From: Takakia lepidozioides
Taxonomy: Eukaryota > Plantae > Bryophyta
Direction: 5' to 3'
Length of the DNA stretch: 64,000 nt
Assembly (NCBI GenBank): GCA_030704615.1
Contig: CM060732.1
Coordinates: 17,732,001-17,796,000, forward strand
Shown here: one piece after another, positions 1 to 10,317 of the stretch
Layout of the letters: each line of letters starts with the position of its first letter
How positions within the stretch are numbered: position 1 is the first letter of the stretch
The notes under the pieces: generated by a model
What the model saw: the letters and a program-made list of their open reading frames with translations, nothing else
Databases searched by the model: none
What the model was told of the DNA's origin: nothing
Translations under genes and position numbers: made by a program

Positions 1-380
1 GATGGCACAATCAGCACAGTAGACGTGCTTCAAATGCAATTCATGTGGATCAATAAAAACCTCATTGTGCCCTCTTTTTATTCTATTCTGTGTCCATCGT
101 TCCGACAATGCGTCATTGCTCATTTTGTTTGGGATTGGGAGTGTGGGTGGATTTTGCAAGTGGCTGGTAGGCTGAAATGGGCCCCCATTGTACAGAGCAG
201 TACCACCCTACCATTCACGAAACATTGCCTTTCAATATATAATTCTAAATAACATTGCCGAACCTCCTTCATCGGGAGGTCCTTCTCCCCCTATGACCGT
301 GGCACCCTAAACCCTATTCCCGCGGACACTCATTTCCGGAAAATAGTGCTGCTCATGTTTTTTTCCACACTTACGACTCT

Positions 381-414
381 GCTCATGGCTCATGGCTCAT
401 GAAATAGCAGCCCC
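381..414. mobile_element. Candidate DNA-transposon terminus (GCTCATG x3 then GAAATAGCAGCCCC) abutting a truncated chromovirus LTR
   Basis: Chromovirus LTR homology starts abruptly at 415. A similar motif (GCTCACAGAATAGCACCCCC, 16/20 identical, also preceded by GCTCAY repeats) marks the junction at 63635-63655. Confidence 0.4.
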
Positions 415-532
415 GCCTTGGGCACTCGAGGGTGCTTCAGCCCCCGTATCTATTGTTGCCATTGCCCCCACCACAGGGGCAGCCCCTGTTGTGTCCCGAC
501 CCCCCCTGCCCTCAAGGCGAAGGGCCGCGACA
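415..532 (-). mobile_element. Truncated chromovirus LTR fragment (family A)
   Basis: Matches the right ends of the LTRs at 9145-9882, 39047-39769 and 43226-43950, ending ...GGGCCGCGACA. Interrupts the MULE transposase coding sequence at 533. Confidence 0.9.
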
Positions 533-3180
533 CAATGTCCTCCGTTGTGGCAGTGAGGATGTCCACCAGATGCGCCGCAGAGGAGGCACGCCAGGAAGAA
601 TGTACTGATTCGGCCATGTTTGTTGTTGGCATGTTGGTGTCGGAGTCCAGACACATTTCCTGCACATGCACATACTGAGATTACAAGCAAGTTACAAAAT
701 AATGACTAGCATAATATTCAACAGGACGCGAATTCGTCCAACTCACCTCCCTCATATAGTCGCCGAACTGGAGGAAACAATAATGCCACCATGCTAGCCA
801 ACTGACCATTGCTCCCTTGTCTGATTTCTTTACAGCACCTGACGTTGTCCACCAAGCCTGTATACATGCAAATTGTGTCTCTGCATCATCCAAGGTGGGA
901 GCACGCTTCCATGCAAGACACATGGAACGGTGCTCCTCTCTGAAATCTGGCGCCACGAGCCTGGTTGTGTACTGCGACAAGCTCTGCAGAAAATGGAACC
1001 CACAAGATCTCTCCTTGCCTTCCATCGGAACACTGGGGTCTTCCCCGTACACCCTTCGGATGGCAGCCCAATTTGCTTGTGCGTTGTCCGCCATGAAATC
1101 ACGGAAATTGGGCGGGGGCAATCCCGCCCTGGCCATCTGTTCGTTTATTCCCTGCCAAAGAAGCATCTCCGATTGTGTGTCCTCTCCTTTCATCTCACAA
1201 ATAGCAATTGTCATTAGCATCCTGCAGTTGATATCGTAGACATGTGCACCCATTGTCACCCACTAATGATTTGTAATTCGCTTGATATGGTCGAACATGA
1301 CCCAACTGTTTGACAAATCCCCACTCGTCATCCGGTGGACCAGTTCCACGCCGCTGCCAGGCCCACATGTAGACATTTTGAATACGAAACAACGATCTGC
1401 CTCAGTCCCTTGTCCTGGAAACCTACTTCCATGAATGTAGTCATATCCACATCGTCGCTTCACCTCTAGAATGGAGTGCATATCCGAGCCTCGCCCAATT
1501 CTCTGTTTGCAGGAGACAATGAGGTTTCGGACATTCGGTGAACAGACGTGGGACACTGACTCCAGCAATGCCTCCATTTCCTTCTCATCGAGAGGAACTC
1601 TGTTGGAGCCATCTTCCGACATAATTCTGGCCAATGCCATCTTATGGGCGGCCTGCAGCTGTATCTGTTTGGGTTTGGCACCAGGTCTCAACTTAACCTC
1701 CTCCTGAATGAGCTGCTCTGCCTCGTGGGCAGCCTCCCGTGAGTTCCCCCTCGCCAATTTGTGACAATGCACACCAATGTGTATGCAAGCTCGTGTGAGG
1801 TCAGGGAAACGGTGCAACACATAGAACTGCTTACATTACAAACAGACATGCAATGTGGTGGTTCTTTGCAATGCGCACACTTAAATGTAGAGTTTGGAAC
1901 CTTTTTCTGAGCTCGAAATGGTTGATGAGCTGTGCCTGTCCAATCCGTCTCGTTCATGTGACCTCTGGATTTAAAGTGGAAGCAAGTTGGGGAGAAACAC
2001 CGCAGCGCGCCCGCACACACAACGTAGCGCACCCGCACACCATTGAGCATCTTCATATTGGTGGTTTTGGTGACGCACCAAGTGTGACCGTCATGTTTCC
2101 TATCCATATCTGTCAACATTCCGGACGCCCTCGAATAGTCCGTTCGAGGAGGGAACTCAGAATAGCACCGGGGCTCCGTAAGGTGACTTACTCGGCCGGA
2201 TGTACCCCTTTGACATTAGATCCTTGAGCTGAGTCTTCAGCTCGACCAACTCTCTGTGGCTCAACCGGTAGGGCGCCTTGGCAGGCGGTTCCGATCCCGG
2301 TATCACCTCAATCTTGTGGTCAACTCCTCTTCGCGGTGGCAAGCCGCTTGGTAAATCCTCCGGCATCACATCCTGGTATTTCTCCAAAATCCCCTTGATC
2401 CAATCTAGGCTCGGTTCCCCATCGCCTTCTCCTTTCACTTCTCTAATGTAAAGCAAAAACTGGGGCTCGTGTGCCTCCTCCACGGCCCACTCCTTTGCTG
2501 ATAGAAGGTTTATTCGCCCTCCCACGGACTTGGGCGTTTCAGACACTCGTAAAACCTCGCCACCATTCCCACATGGCAGCGTGACTACTCTCTTACGGCC
2601 ATCTATGACCGCTCCGGATTTGCTCAAAAAGGTCATCCCCAAAATGAGATCCACTCCATCGATCTCGCAGATGGTGAAGTTCTCACGTCCCTCCCAACTC
2701 CCCAGTTGAAGAGGAACATCAATCGCCAACCTTGTCGCCAACAATTTCAAGAATGGATCGAGTTGCTGAGCTCGTGTTGGGAATATAACTCCCTCGTCCG
2801 CTGATGTCCATTGAGGATTTGCCTGATCTCCAGGATGATCTTGGAACTTCCATGACCTCGTCTGAGTCGGACAGGTTGTGAACAACCTGGTTCTTGCTCA
2901 TCTTCATTGATAGGGTCGGCTCTGGATGAACTTCGTTGCGGACTTCTCTCTTTGAGGTACCCACTCCCTGATTCGCGGATTGTTTCGTGGAAGGCACCAG
3001 GATAGAAGGCGCATTTGGCGGGCAAATGAAGTCCCCAATAGCCCTGTATATGACGTTGTCCGATGGTGGAACTCGCCATTCCCTGCCGTCGCCGAAATCA
3101 TCATGGAACACAACAATACTTTCGACTACAACTCCGTTTGAATCCTTCCTTTCCTCCTCCAAAAATACCGACCCCGGTTT
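533..3180 (-). pseudogene. Mutator/MULE-superfamily DDE transposase, degenerate, with a Cys/His-rich GCM/WRKY-like N-terminal domain
   Basis: Joined ORFs 1688-2119, 1263-1820, 681-1259 and 450-671 give VMFDH (D, ~1290), FMADN (D, ~1087), CGFH (CxxH signature) and, after a GT-AG intron (746-660), PTTNMAESVH (E, ~610). Upstream motifs are CAGALRC..C..CAHC..C..C..HIGVHCH. Disrupted by stops, frameshifts and a retroelement fragment. Confidence 0.8.
2160..2742 (-). mobile_element. Chromovirus (family A) internal fragment: protease C-terminus to RT start, no LTRs
   Basis: DLILGMTFL...LPPRRGVDHKIEVIPG...PYRLS...SKSPYGAPVLF. Near-identical to 41590-41785 and, inverted, to 41030-41365. Confidence 0.9.
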
Positions 3181-3594
3181 CAGCCTACTCTCCCGAAATT
3201 CCACTGTCAGAGTGTTAATGAACCTTGTCTCCGGAATGCGGCCCCTGGCCTTTGCGCAATAACTGCTAACGGTATGCAGTCAGAAGGATGCAGACCTGTG
3301 CAGATGCGCTGCGCAAACCAATAATTACGGCGTCTGACAAGAAGCGTGGGGGGCGAGCGTGCAAGCACCTTCCCCATGGACAGAGGGAATTGACAAAGGT
3401 GGCATTCCAGTGGGTCTGATTGCAAGACTGAGTGCTAGACCCTCGCAGCCAGAAGTCAACATTCAACAAAATGCAACATTGTACAAAAAGTGGAACTTGG
3501 TTCAAAGAAGACATTTTTATTAATAATGAACTGTGACAAGTATGCATGCCCTCACAAGCCGAGGAAAGCCAAAAGTATGCATGCCATCCATGCT

Positions 3595-4192
3595 CAGGTA
3601 AGTTGGGAATTTGCTCCGTGTTGCACTGTTCTCACCAAGAAGCTGGAACCTCGATTGGCCTCTCAACAACCTCATGACTGAGGGTGTCGGTAGGTGAAGA
3701 CAATGGATGCAGCCCACTCTCCTTTGGTGTAGTGGACAACGGTGTCATGTCCTCCGATATATGCACCATCGTAAATTGAGATCTTTACTGTGGAGACTCT
3801 ATGTCCATAGGACTCATCCTCGTAGCTTATGAGAATGTCCCCATACACTGTTTGCGATGGAATCCTCTCTGGCATGTACGTACACCCGATGCAATCCTTG
3901 TAGGCCCACTGGCAACACCTCCAATGATACAGGAAGGCCGTGCGTTGGGGATGTTCCATGTAGGTGGATACTGCAGATCAACGGTTCGCAAGCACCAAAG
4001 CCGCGCAAGCCCGTCCCCACGAGGCTGATCGTGGATGCCAGGAAGGTACTCAAGAGCGGACAGGTGGACCCTCCTCTGCTGAGAGTGGTCTATCCAATCG
4101 TGCAGGAATATGAAAATATCCCCTGACTTGGGCGAGAAGTCCCACGGGGTGAGATGCTTGTATGGGCAGTTGCTGGGATCCCGGCACGCCAT
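3595..4192 (-). pseudogene. Unknown cargo ORF (frameshifted, ~190 aa) between palindrome repeats and the MULE gene
   Basis: ORFs 3827-4192 and 3672-3959 join into one protein-like, aromatic-rich sequence. A TATA-like TATTAAAT lies ~175 bp upstream. No family recognised. Confidence 0.35.
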
Positions 4193-4439
4193 TGCCGACT
4201 ATTGAAAGGGCTGCCAGGAAGCAGAGAGGGTGTGCAGGGAAGTGGGAGTGTAGGAGGAGAGGAAGTGAGAGGAGCTCGGAGCGAGGAAGTGCTGTTGCTG
4301 TCTCGGTTTGAAACGCGTGGGTGACGAGCGAAGGTGGGGCAAATGGCAAAGAAAAAGCGCAGCATTTAATATGCACGTACCCGGGAATGAGGCACAGGAT
4401 TTACTTGGACATGAAGTCCAATCGGAGGTTGACGGCCCC

Positions 4440-4648
4440 ACGTGGCTGCCAGAGTTCATCCCCCGGATGGAAAAATGGCGCCGAATTTCCATCCGAGGGC
4501 GCTCGAATGAAGTTGTCTCGGGGGGAGAGGCCGACAACTGGCTGCCAGAGATCATCCCCCGGATGGAAAAACGGCGCCGAATTTCCGTTTGAGGGCGCTT
4601 GGATGAAGTCGTCTCGGGGGAGAGGCCGACACCTGGCTGCCAGAGACT
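4440..4648. repeat. Two 96-bp units carrying the GGATGGAAA-CGGCGCCG-TTTCCATCC palindrome
   Basis: Cores at 4465 and 4561. Reverse complement of the 96-bp units at 8400-8705. Confidence 0.85.
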
Positions 4649-4649
4649 A

Positions 4650-5243
4650 AATTTTGGCATCCCCTTCAATCCCGAAGAGATGTCGCGCACTGGCCTTGCA
4701 AGCGTGGTACGAAGCACCTGCAATGGAATAGAAGGAAGGAAATAGACATTGAAGACTCATTTGGAACGGTGAGAAGCGCTGAAAGTGCAAGCTCAAACAA
4801 ACCCGATCAAATGTGAATGTTGAAGAGACGAACCTGTGCCCATTGACAAATCCAGAACTCTGGCGTCGGTGTAGGTGCAGCACTCCACAATCGTGTGAAT
4901 GAAAGCCGGGCTCCTCTCCCTGGCCCCTCTCCAAGGAACCCCATTCCCCCTTCGCAAGCAGACGTTGTTGTCCACGTAGTTGTGGTGCATGTCATCCTTG
5001 GGAGGATCTGTCTTCTTGTCTATGAACTTGCCCCCATGAGTGATGGCAAACTCCCTAATGACGGCTGGAATCGTAGGTGGATGCACTTGAACGAGACAAA
5101 CAGCTTCAAACAAACGTGTCTGCGAAATGGACATCCAGAAGGATCTAAGAAGCTTGAAAACCAGGCACCTACATATTCATTTGAGCGACTTATGCAACTC
5201 CATCCGAGAACCACCAAGAAGAGCAACAAGAAGGCAGATTTAC
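4650..5243 (-). pseudogene. DNA amino-methyltransferase gene, 3' part (copy 1, truncated)
   Basis: Exon 5119-4834 is open (TRLFEAVCLV...GARERSPAFIHTIVECCTYTDARVLDLSMGT), then a GT-AG intron (4833-4718), then exon 4717-4650 (GASYHACKASARHLFGIEGDAKI). Homologous, including introns, to 61846-62445. Confidence 0.8.
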
Positions 5244-6430
5244 AAACAAAAACCGGAAAGGGGGGCACAAACAGTGTGTGTTGCCGCACACTGTTTGGTG
5301 CTTCCAACTATCGGTGTTTTGAACTTGGCACACTGGCCCTGTGTGGCACATTTAGACATCAAACATTGCCCATTTTGAAATCAAAAACAGGCACAGAGGG
5401 GGCCACAAACAGTGTGCTTTGAAGCACACTGTTTGGGGCTTCCAACTAGCGGTATTTTGAGCATGGCATACTGGCCCTTTCTGGCCCATTTTGAAGTCAA
5501 AAAACAACCGGAAAGGGGGGGGACCCAAACAGTGTGCGTTGCCGTACACTGTTTGGAGCTTCCAACTATGGGTGTTTTGAACTTGGCACACTGGCCCTGT
5601 GTGGCACATTTTAGACATCAGACATGGCCCATTTTGAAATCAAAAAACAGGCACAGAGGGGGCCTCAAACAGTGTGCTTTGAAGCACACTGTTTGGGGCT
5701 TCCAATTAGGGGTATTTTGAGCATGGCATACTGGCAATTTGTGGCCCATTTTGAAGTAAAAAAACAACCGGAAAGGGGGACACAAACAGTGTGCGTTGCC
5801 GCACACGGTTTGGTGCTTCCAACTATGAGTGTTTTGAACTTGACACATTGGCCCTGTGTGGCACATTTAGAAATCAAACATGGCCCATTTTGAAATCAAA
5901 AACAGATACAGAGGGGGCCACAAATAGTGTGATTTGAAGCACACTGTTTGGGGCTTCCAATTAGGGGTATTTTGAGCATGGCATACTGGCCCTATGTGGC
6001 CCATTTTGAAGTCAAAAAACAACCGGAAAGGGGGGCCCAAACAGTGTGCATTGCCGCACACTGTTTGGTGCTTCCAACTATGGGTGTCTTGAACTTGGCA
6101 CACTGGCCTTGTGTGGCACATTTAGACATCAAACATGGCCCATTTTGAAATAAAAAAACAGGCACAGAGGGGGCCTCAAACAGTGTGCTTTGAAGCACAC
6201 TGTTTGGGGCTTCCAATTAGGGGTATTTTGAGCATGGCATACTGACCCTTTGTGGCCCATTTTGAAGTCAAAAAACAACCAAAAAGGGGGGCCCAAACAA
6301 TGTGCGTTGCCGCACACTGTTTGGTGCTTCCAACTACGGGTGTTTTGAACTTGGCACACTGGCCTACTGTGGCACATTTACACATCAAAACACAACCGGA
6401 AAGGGGGGCACAAATAGTGTGCGTTGCCGA
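5244..6430. repeat. Hairpin satellite, ~9-10 units alternating ~138 and ~117 bp (~255-bp dimer)
   Basis: Each unit has AAACAGTGTGC(G/T)-N4-(C/A)GCACACTGTTT. Same family as 56838-58740, opposite orientation. Confidence 0.92.
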
Positions 6431-6470
6431 AACCATTGAACAAAGAAAACCGAAAGAGGAAGGGGCGGAC

Positions 6471-6548
6471 CTGAGAGTGCTCGGCTTCAGTTGGTGCGGG
6501 CTGTGAGCAAGACAATGGAATTTCCTGTTGTAGCTTAAGTTTGGCCAT
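6471..6548 (-). pseudogene. Putative first coding exon of the ParB-methyltransferase gene
   Basis: ATG at 6548, 26 codons MAKLKLQQEIPLSCSQPAPTEAEHSQ, then a CAG|GT donor just before the satellite. Phase-0 compatible with the acceptor at 58791 that follows the satellite in the other copy. Confidence 0.45.
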
Positions 6549-6992
6549 GCGAGAGGTTGGACGTCGCCCGTAGTACAAAGCCTTCAGCTTCCGCCGCGGT
6601 CTGGATGTGGGGTCTCTCTCAGGAGAGCCACGCCCTTCTCCACGCGGCATAAGTCCCAGCAAAAGAAAAAAGATCTCGCCAAATGTGTGTGTACATGCCT
6701 CCAATAGAAGTTCATCCAAGTTTAGCATAGGGTTTCCAAGGCGTATCCGGGAAGCAACCGCGGAATCCCTCTGTCGCCAGCCCGGTTCAAAACCGACGGC
6801 AGAGGACATTTAATGCCCAACTGCGCCATTAATGTATGGAGGTCGGTCACAGACGCCCACCGGATATCCCCCCGAGACTTCGTCAATCGCCCGCTGGATG
6901 GAAAAAATCGGCGCCGAATTTCCGTCCAGCGGATGAAGTATGACGCAACGAGGCCCTCCCTCCGCCCGAGCAGTTCTCATCCAGGAGACGCC

Positions 6993-7670
6993 GGATGGAA
7001 ATCCGGCGCCAAATTTCCATCCGCCAGGTAAGTTGGAGCACGGCCGGATGGAAATCCGGCGCCGAATTTCCATCCTGCAGGTAATTCGGAGTGCGGACGA
7101 ATGGAAATCCAGCGCCGAATTTCCATCCTGCAGGTAATTCGAAGCGCGGAGGAATGGAAATCCGGCGCCGAATTTCCATCCGCCAGGTAAGTCGGAGCGC
7201 GGGCGGATGCAAATCCGGCGCCGAATTTCCATCCTGCAGGTAAGTCGGAGCGCGGACGGATGGAAATCCGGCGCCGAATTTCCATCCTGCAGGTAAGTCG
7301 AAGCGCGGAGGAATGGAAATCCGGCGCCGAATTTCCATCCGCCAGGTAAGTCGGAGCGCGGGCGGATGCAAATCCGGCGCCGAATTTCCATCCTGCAGGT
7401 AAGTCGGAGCGCGGACGGATGGAAATCCGGCGCCGAATGTCCATCCTGTAGGTAATTCGGGGCGCGGACGGACGGAAATCCTGCGCCGAATTTCGATCCT
7501 GCAGGTAATTCGCAGCGCGGACGGATGGAAATCCAGCGCCGAATTTCCATCCTGCAGGTAATTCGGAGCGCGGACGGATGGAAATCCGGCGCCGAATTTC
7601 CATCCTGCAGGTAATTCGGAGCGCGGACGGATGGGAATTCGGCGCCGAATTTCCATCCTGAAGGTAATTC
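6993..7670. repeat. Tandem array of 13 x 53-bp units, each with a ~30-bp palindrome
   Basis: Cores at 6993 + 53n up to 7629; consensus GGATGGAAATCCGGCGCCGAATTTCCATCCTGCAGGTAA(G/T)TCGGAGCGCGGAC. A 159-bp higher-order duplication is present, and a further degenerate core lies at ~6896. Confidence 0.95.
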
Positions 7671-7868
7671 GGTCCACCTCATCGATGGAAAACCGGCAAC
7701 GAATTTGTCTTTAGCGGACCAGAATGGTGGGATTAATGTGCGAAATGTGGCATGTAGGCAAAAAACTCCTAGTTTAGTGTGTAGCCATACAAAAAAACGC
7801 AAAAAACTTGATGCAACGACTATAAGTTGTTGAAGAAGTGCCGATACGGGCTTCATCTTACGGGCCTC

Positions 7869-8705
7869 GGATGGAAATTCGGCGCCGAATTTCCATCCTG
7901 CAGGTAATTCAGAGCGCGGACGGATGGAAATTCGGCGCCGTTTTTCCATCCGGGGGATATTCTCTTTGGGCCAGGTGTCGGCCTCCGATGGAAATTCAGC
8001 GCCGTTTTTCCATCCGGGAGATGTTCTCTGTCGAGCAGGTGTCGGCCTCCGATGGAAATTCGGCGCCGTTTTTCCATCCGGGGGATATGCTCTGTCGAGC
8101 AGGTGTCGGCCTCCGATGGAAAATCGGCGCCGTTTTTCCATCCGGGGGATGTGCTTCTCTTTCGGCCAGGTGTCGGCCTCCGATGGAAATTCGGCGCCGT
8201 TTTTCCATCCGGGGGATGTTCTTTGTCGAGCAGGTGTCGGCCTCCGATGGAAATTCGGCGCTGTTTTTCCATCCGGGAGATATTCTCTTTCGGCCAAGTG
8301 TCGGCCTCCGATTGAAATTCGGCGCCGTTTTTCCATCCGGGGGATATTCTTTATCGAGCAGCTGTCGGCCTCTCCCCCCTAACCGACTCCGGCCGGCCTC
8401 CGATGGAAATTCGGCGCCGTTTTTCCATCCGGGGGATGATCTCACTCGGCCAGGTGTCGGCCTCTCCCCCCGAGACGACTTCATCCAATGGGCCTCGGAT
8501 GGAAATTCGGCGCCGTTTTTCCATGCGGGGGATGTTATCTGTCGGCCAGGTGTCGGCCTCTCCCCCCGAAACGACTTCATCCAACAGGCCTCGCATGGAA
8601 ATTCGGCGTTGTTTTCCCATCCGGGTGATGTTCTCTGTCGGCCAGATGACCGACTCACCCTGGAGACGAAATCGTCAGACCGGCCTCAGATGCAAATTCG
8701 GCACC
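7869..8705. repeat. Tandem array of the same palindrome at 64-bp (7 units) then ~96-bp (4 units) spacing
   Basis: Perfect palindrome GGATGGAAATTCGGCGCCGAATTTCCATCC at 7869-7898. Cores at 7924, 7988, 8052, 8116, 8183, 8247, 8311, 8403, 8499, 8595 and 8690. Confidence 0.95.
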
Positions 8706-8729
8706 GCTGTTGTATGTTTACTTTTGGCG

Positions 8730-10317
8730 GCGAGGTTCTGGCACTCGATCTTGTAATCAGACCCACTGGAATGCCACCTCTGTCAGTTCCCTCTGTCCAT
8801 GGGGAAGGTGCTTGCACGCTCGCGCCCCCACGCTTCTTGTCAGACGCCATAATGATTGGTTTGCGCAGCGCATCTGCACAGGTCATATACCTTTTGACTG
8901 CATACCGTTGGCAGTTATTGCGCAAAGGCCAGGGGCCGCATTCCGCAGGCAAGGTTCATCAACTCTCTGACAGTGGAATTTCGGGAGAGTAGGCTCCCCG
9001 GATTCGTGAATAGGCTTCGTCGCTTGCAAAAATCGGCCCTGCATTCCTTCCCCTCACTGCATCCCCCCTTCTCCCAGGGCGCTTGTCCGAACGCCGTCCT
9101 GGCAGTCTTTTGTGCACAACTCCCATGGCAGAGCAGAGGGGAGATGTCACGCACCTCACTTCGATAAGCTCCCCTTCAAGTCATAGTTACTCGCTTTGAT
9201 GCGCGCGCCTGACTCCCAACCTGGCCGCCCGGGCCAACTTGGAGCTTCGGCTGCTCACCGGGACATAACGGTCCCCCTTCGCTTCCCACTAAACCCTCCA
9301 CCTATTTGGGACTAGGAGAATTCCCTTTGGTAGATGGCAGTCCGGAACAGCTCCCCACTCTTTGGTCGCTTTCCGGCTCGCTCGCCGGCTCGCTCGCTTA
9401 CTCACTAGTTTTTGGTCACCAACGGGTTGCACCGTTCTCGGGGTCACTACTCCCCTTATATATACTTCTGTAGCTGTCCGCGGGGGTTTCACAACAGCCA
9501 TGCCATTTTATGGCGAACCACCACGAAAACCCTCGACTCCCGGTGATGTGAGTCGCGGTGAGTCTTGGCCCACTCACTACGGCCCCTAGGACCGTGATGA
9601 GTCCCAAGACTCCCCACGACTCCCACCACGAGGTCTCCGCCCCCATGGTGAGTCCTATGCCACCCCCACTAAGTCCCGCTAAGCTACCACCACCCCTTGT
9701 GGAGCCACCCCCACTGCCCCGGTGTGCGGGGCTCCACCTAGTGAGCGCCTCCGCCTCCTTGAGTGCCTTGGGCACTCAAGGGTGCTTCAGCCCCCCATAC
9801 CTATCGCTGCCGCTGCCCCCACCACAGGGGCAGCCCCTCATGTGTCCCGACCCCCCTGCCCTCAAGGCAAAGGGTCGCGACAGGAGATCTGCCTGGTGAT
9901 GGAGAAATATCTCTGCGTTCGATCAAGTATTTTTGGAGGAGGAAAGAAGGATTCAAACGGAGTTGGTAGTCGAAAGTATTGTTGTGCTCCACGACGATTT
10001 CGGCGACGGCAGGGAATGGCGAGTTCCACCATCGGACAGCGTCATATACAGGGCTGTTGGGGACTCATTTGCCCCCCAAATGCGCCTTCTATCCTGCCAC
10101 CTTCCACGAAACAATCAGCGACATTGGCCAGAATTATATCGGAAGACGGCTCCTACAGAGTTCTTCTCGATGAGAAGGAAATGGAGGCATTGCTGGAGTC
10201 GGTGTCCCACGTCTGTTCACCGAATGTCCGAAACCACATTGTCTCCTGCAAACAGAAAATTGGGCGTGGCTCGGATATGCACTCCATTCTGGAGGTGAAG
10301 CGACGATGTGGATATGC
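8730..10317 (+). pseudogene. Second, internally deleted MULE transposase copy
   Basis: 8730-9005 is the reverse complement of ~3180-3455, 9930-10115 of ~2980-3165, and 10120-10317 of ~1442-1637. Interrupted by a solo LTR. Confidence 0.85.
9145..9882 (-). mobile_element. Chromovirus family A solo LTR
   Basis: TGTCAC...GCGACA termini, 5-bp TSD GGAGA (9140-9144 and 9883-9887), full-length similarity to the LTRs at 39047 and 43226. Confidence 0.95.

Noticed and set aside
2159-2170. AGAATAGCACC matching the motif at 63641
   Set aside because: Here it is the native RT PVLF coding sequence and lacks the GCTCAY repeats.
4681-4690. TGTCGCGCAC matching the family A LTR start
   Set aside because: The match does not extend and lies within MTase coding sequence.
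6993-8705. CRISPR array (palindromic ~30-bp repeats with 23-34-bp spacers)
   Set aside because: The spacers are near-identical to each other, there are no cas genes, and the context is eukaryotic with introns.
6810-8992. Long ORFs of 508, 384 and 264 aa
   Set aside because: Artefacts of stop-poor GC-rich repeats; the peptides cycle through the three frames.
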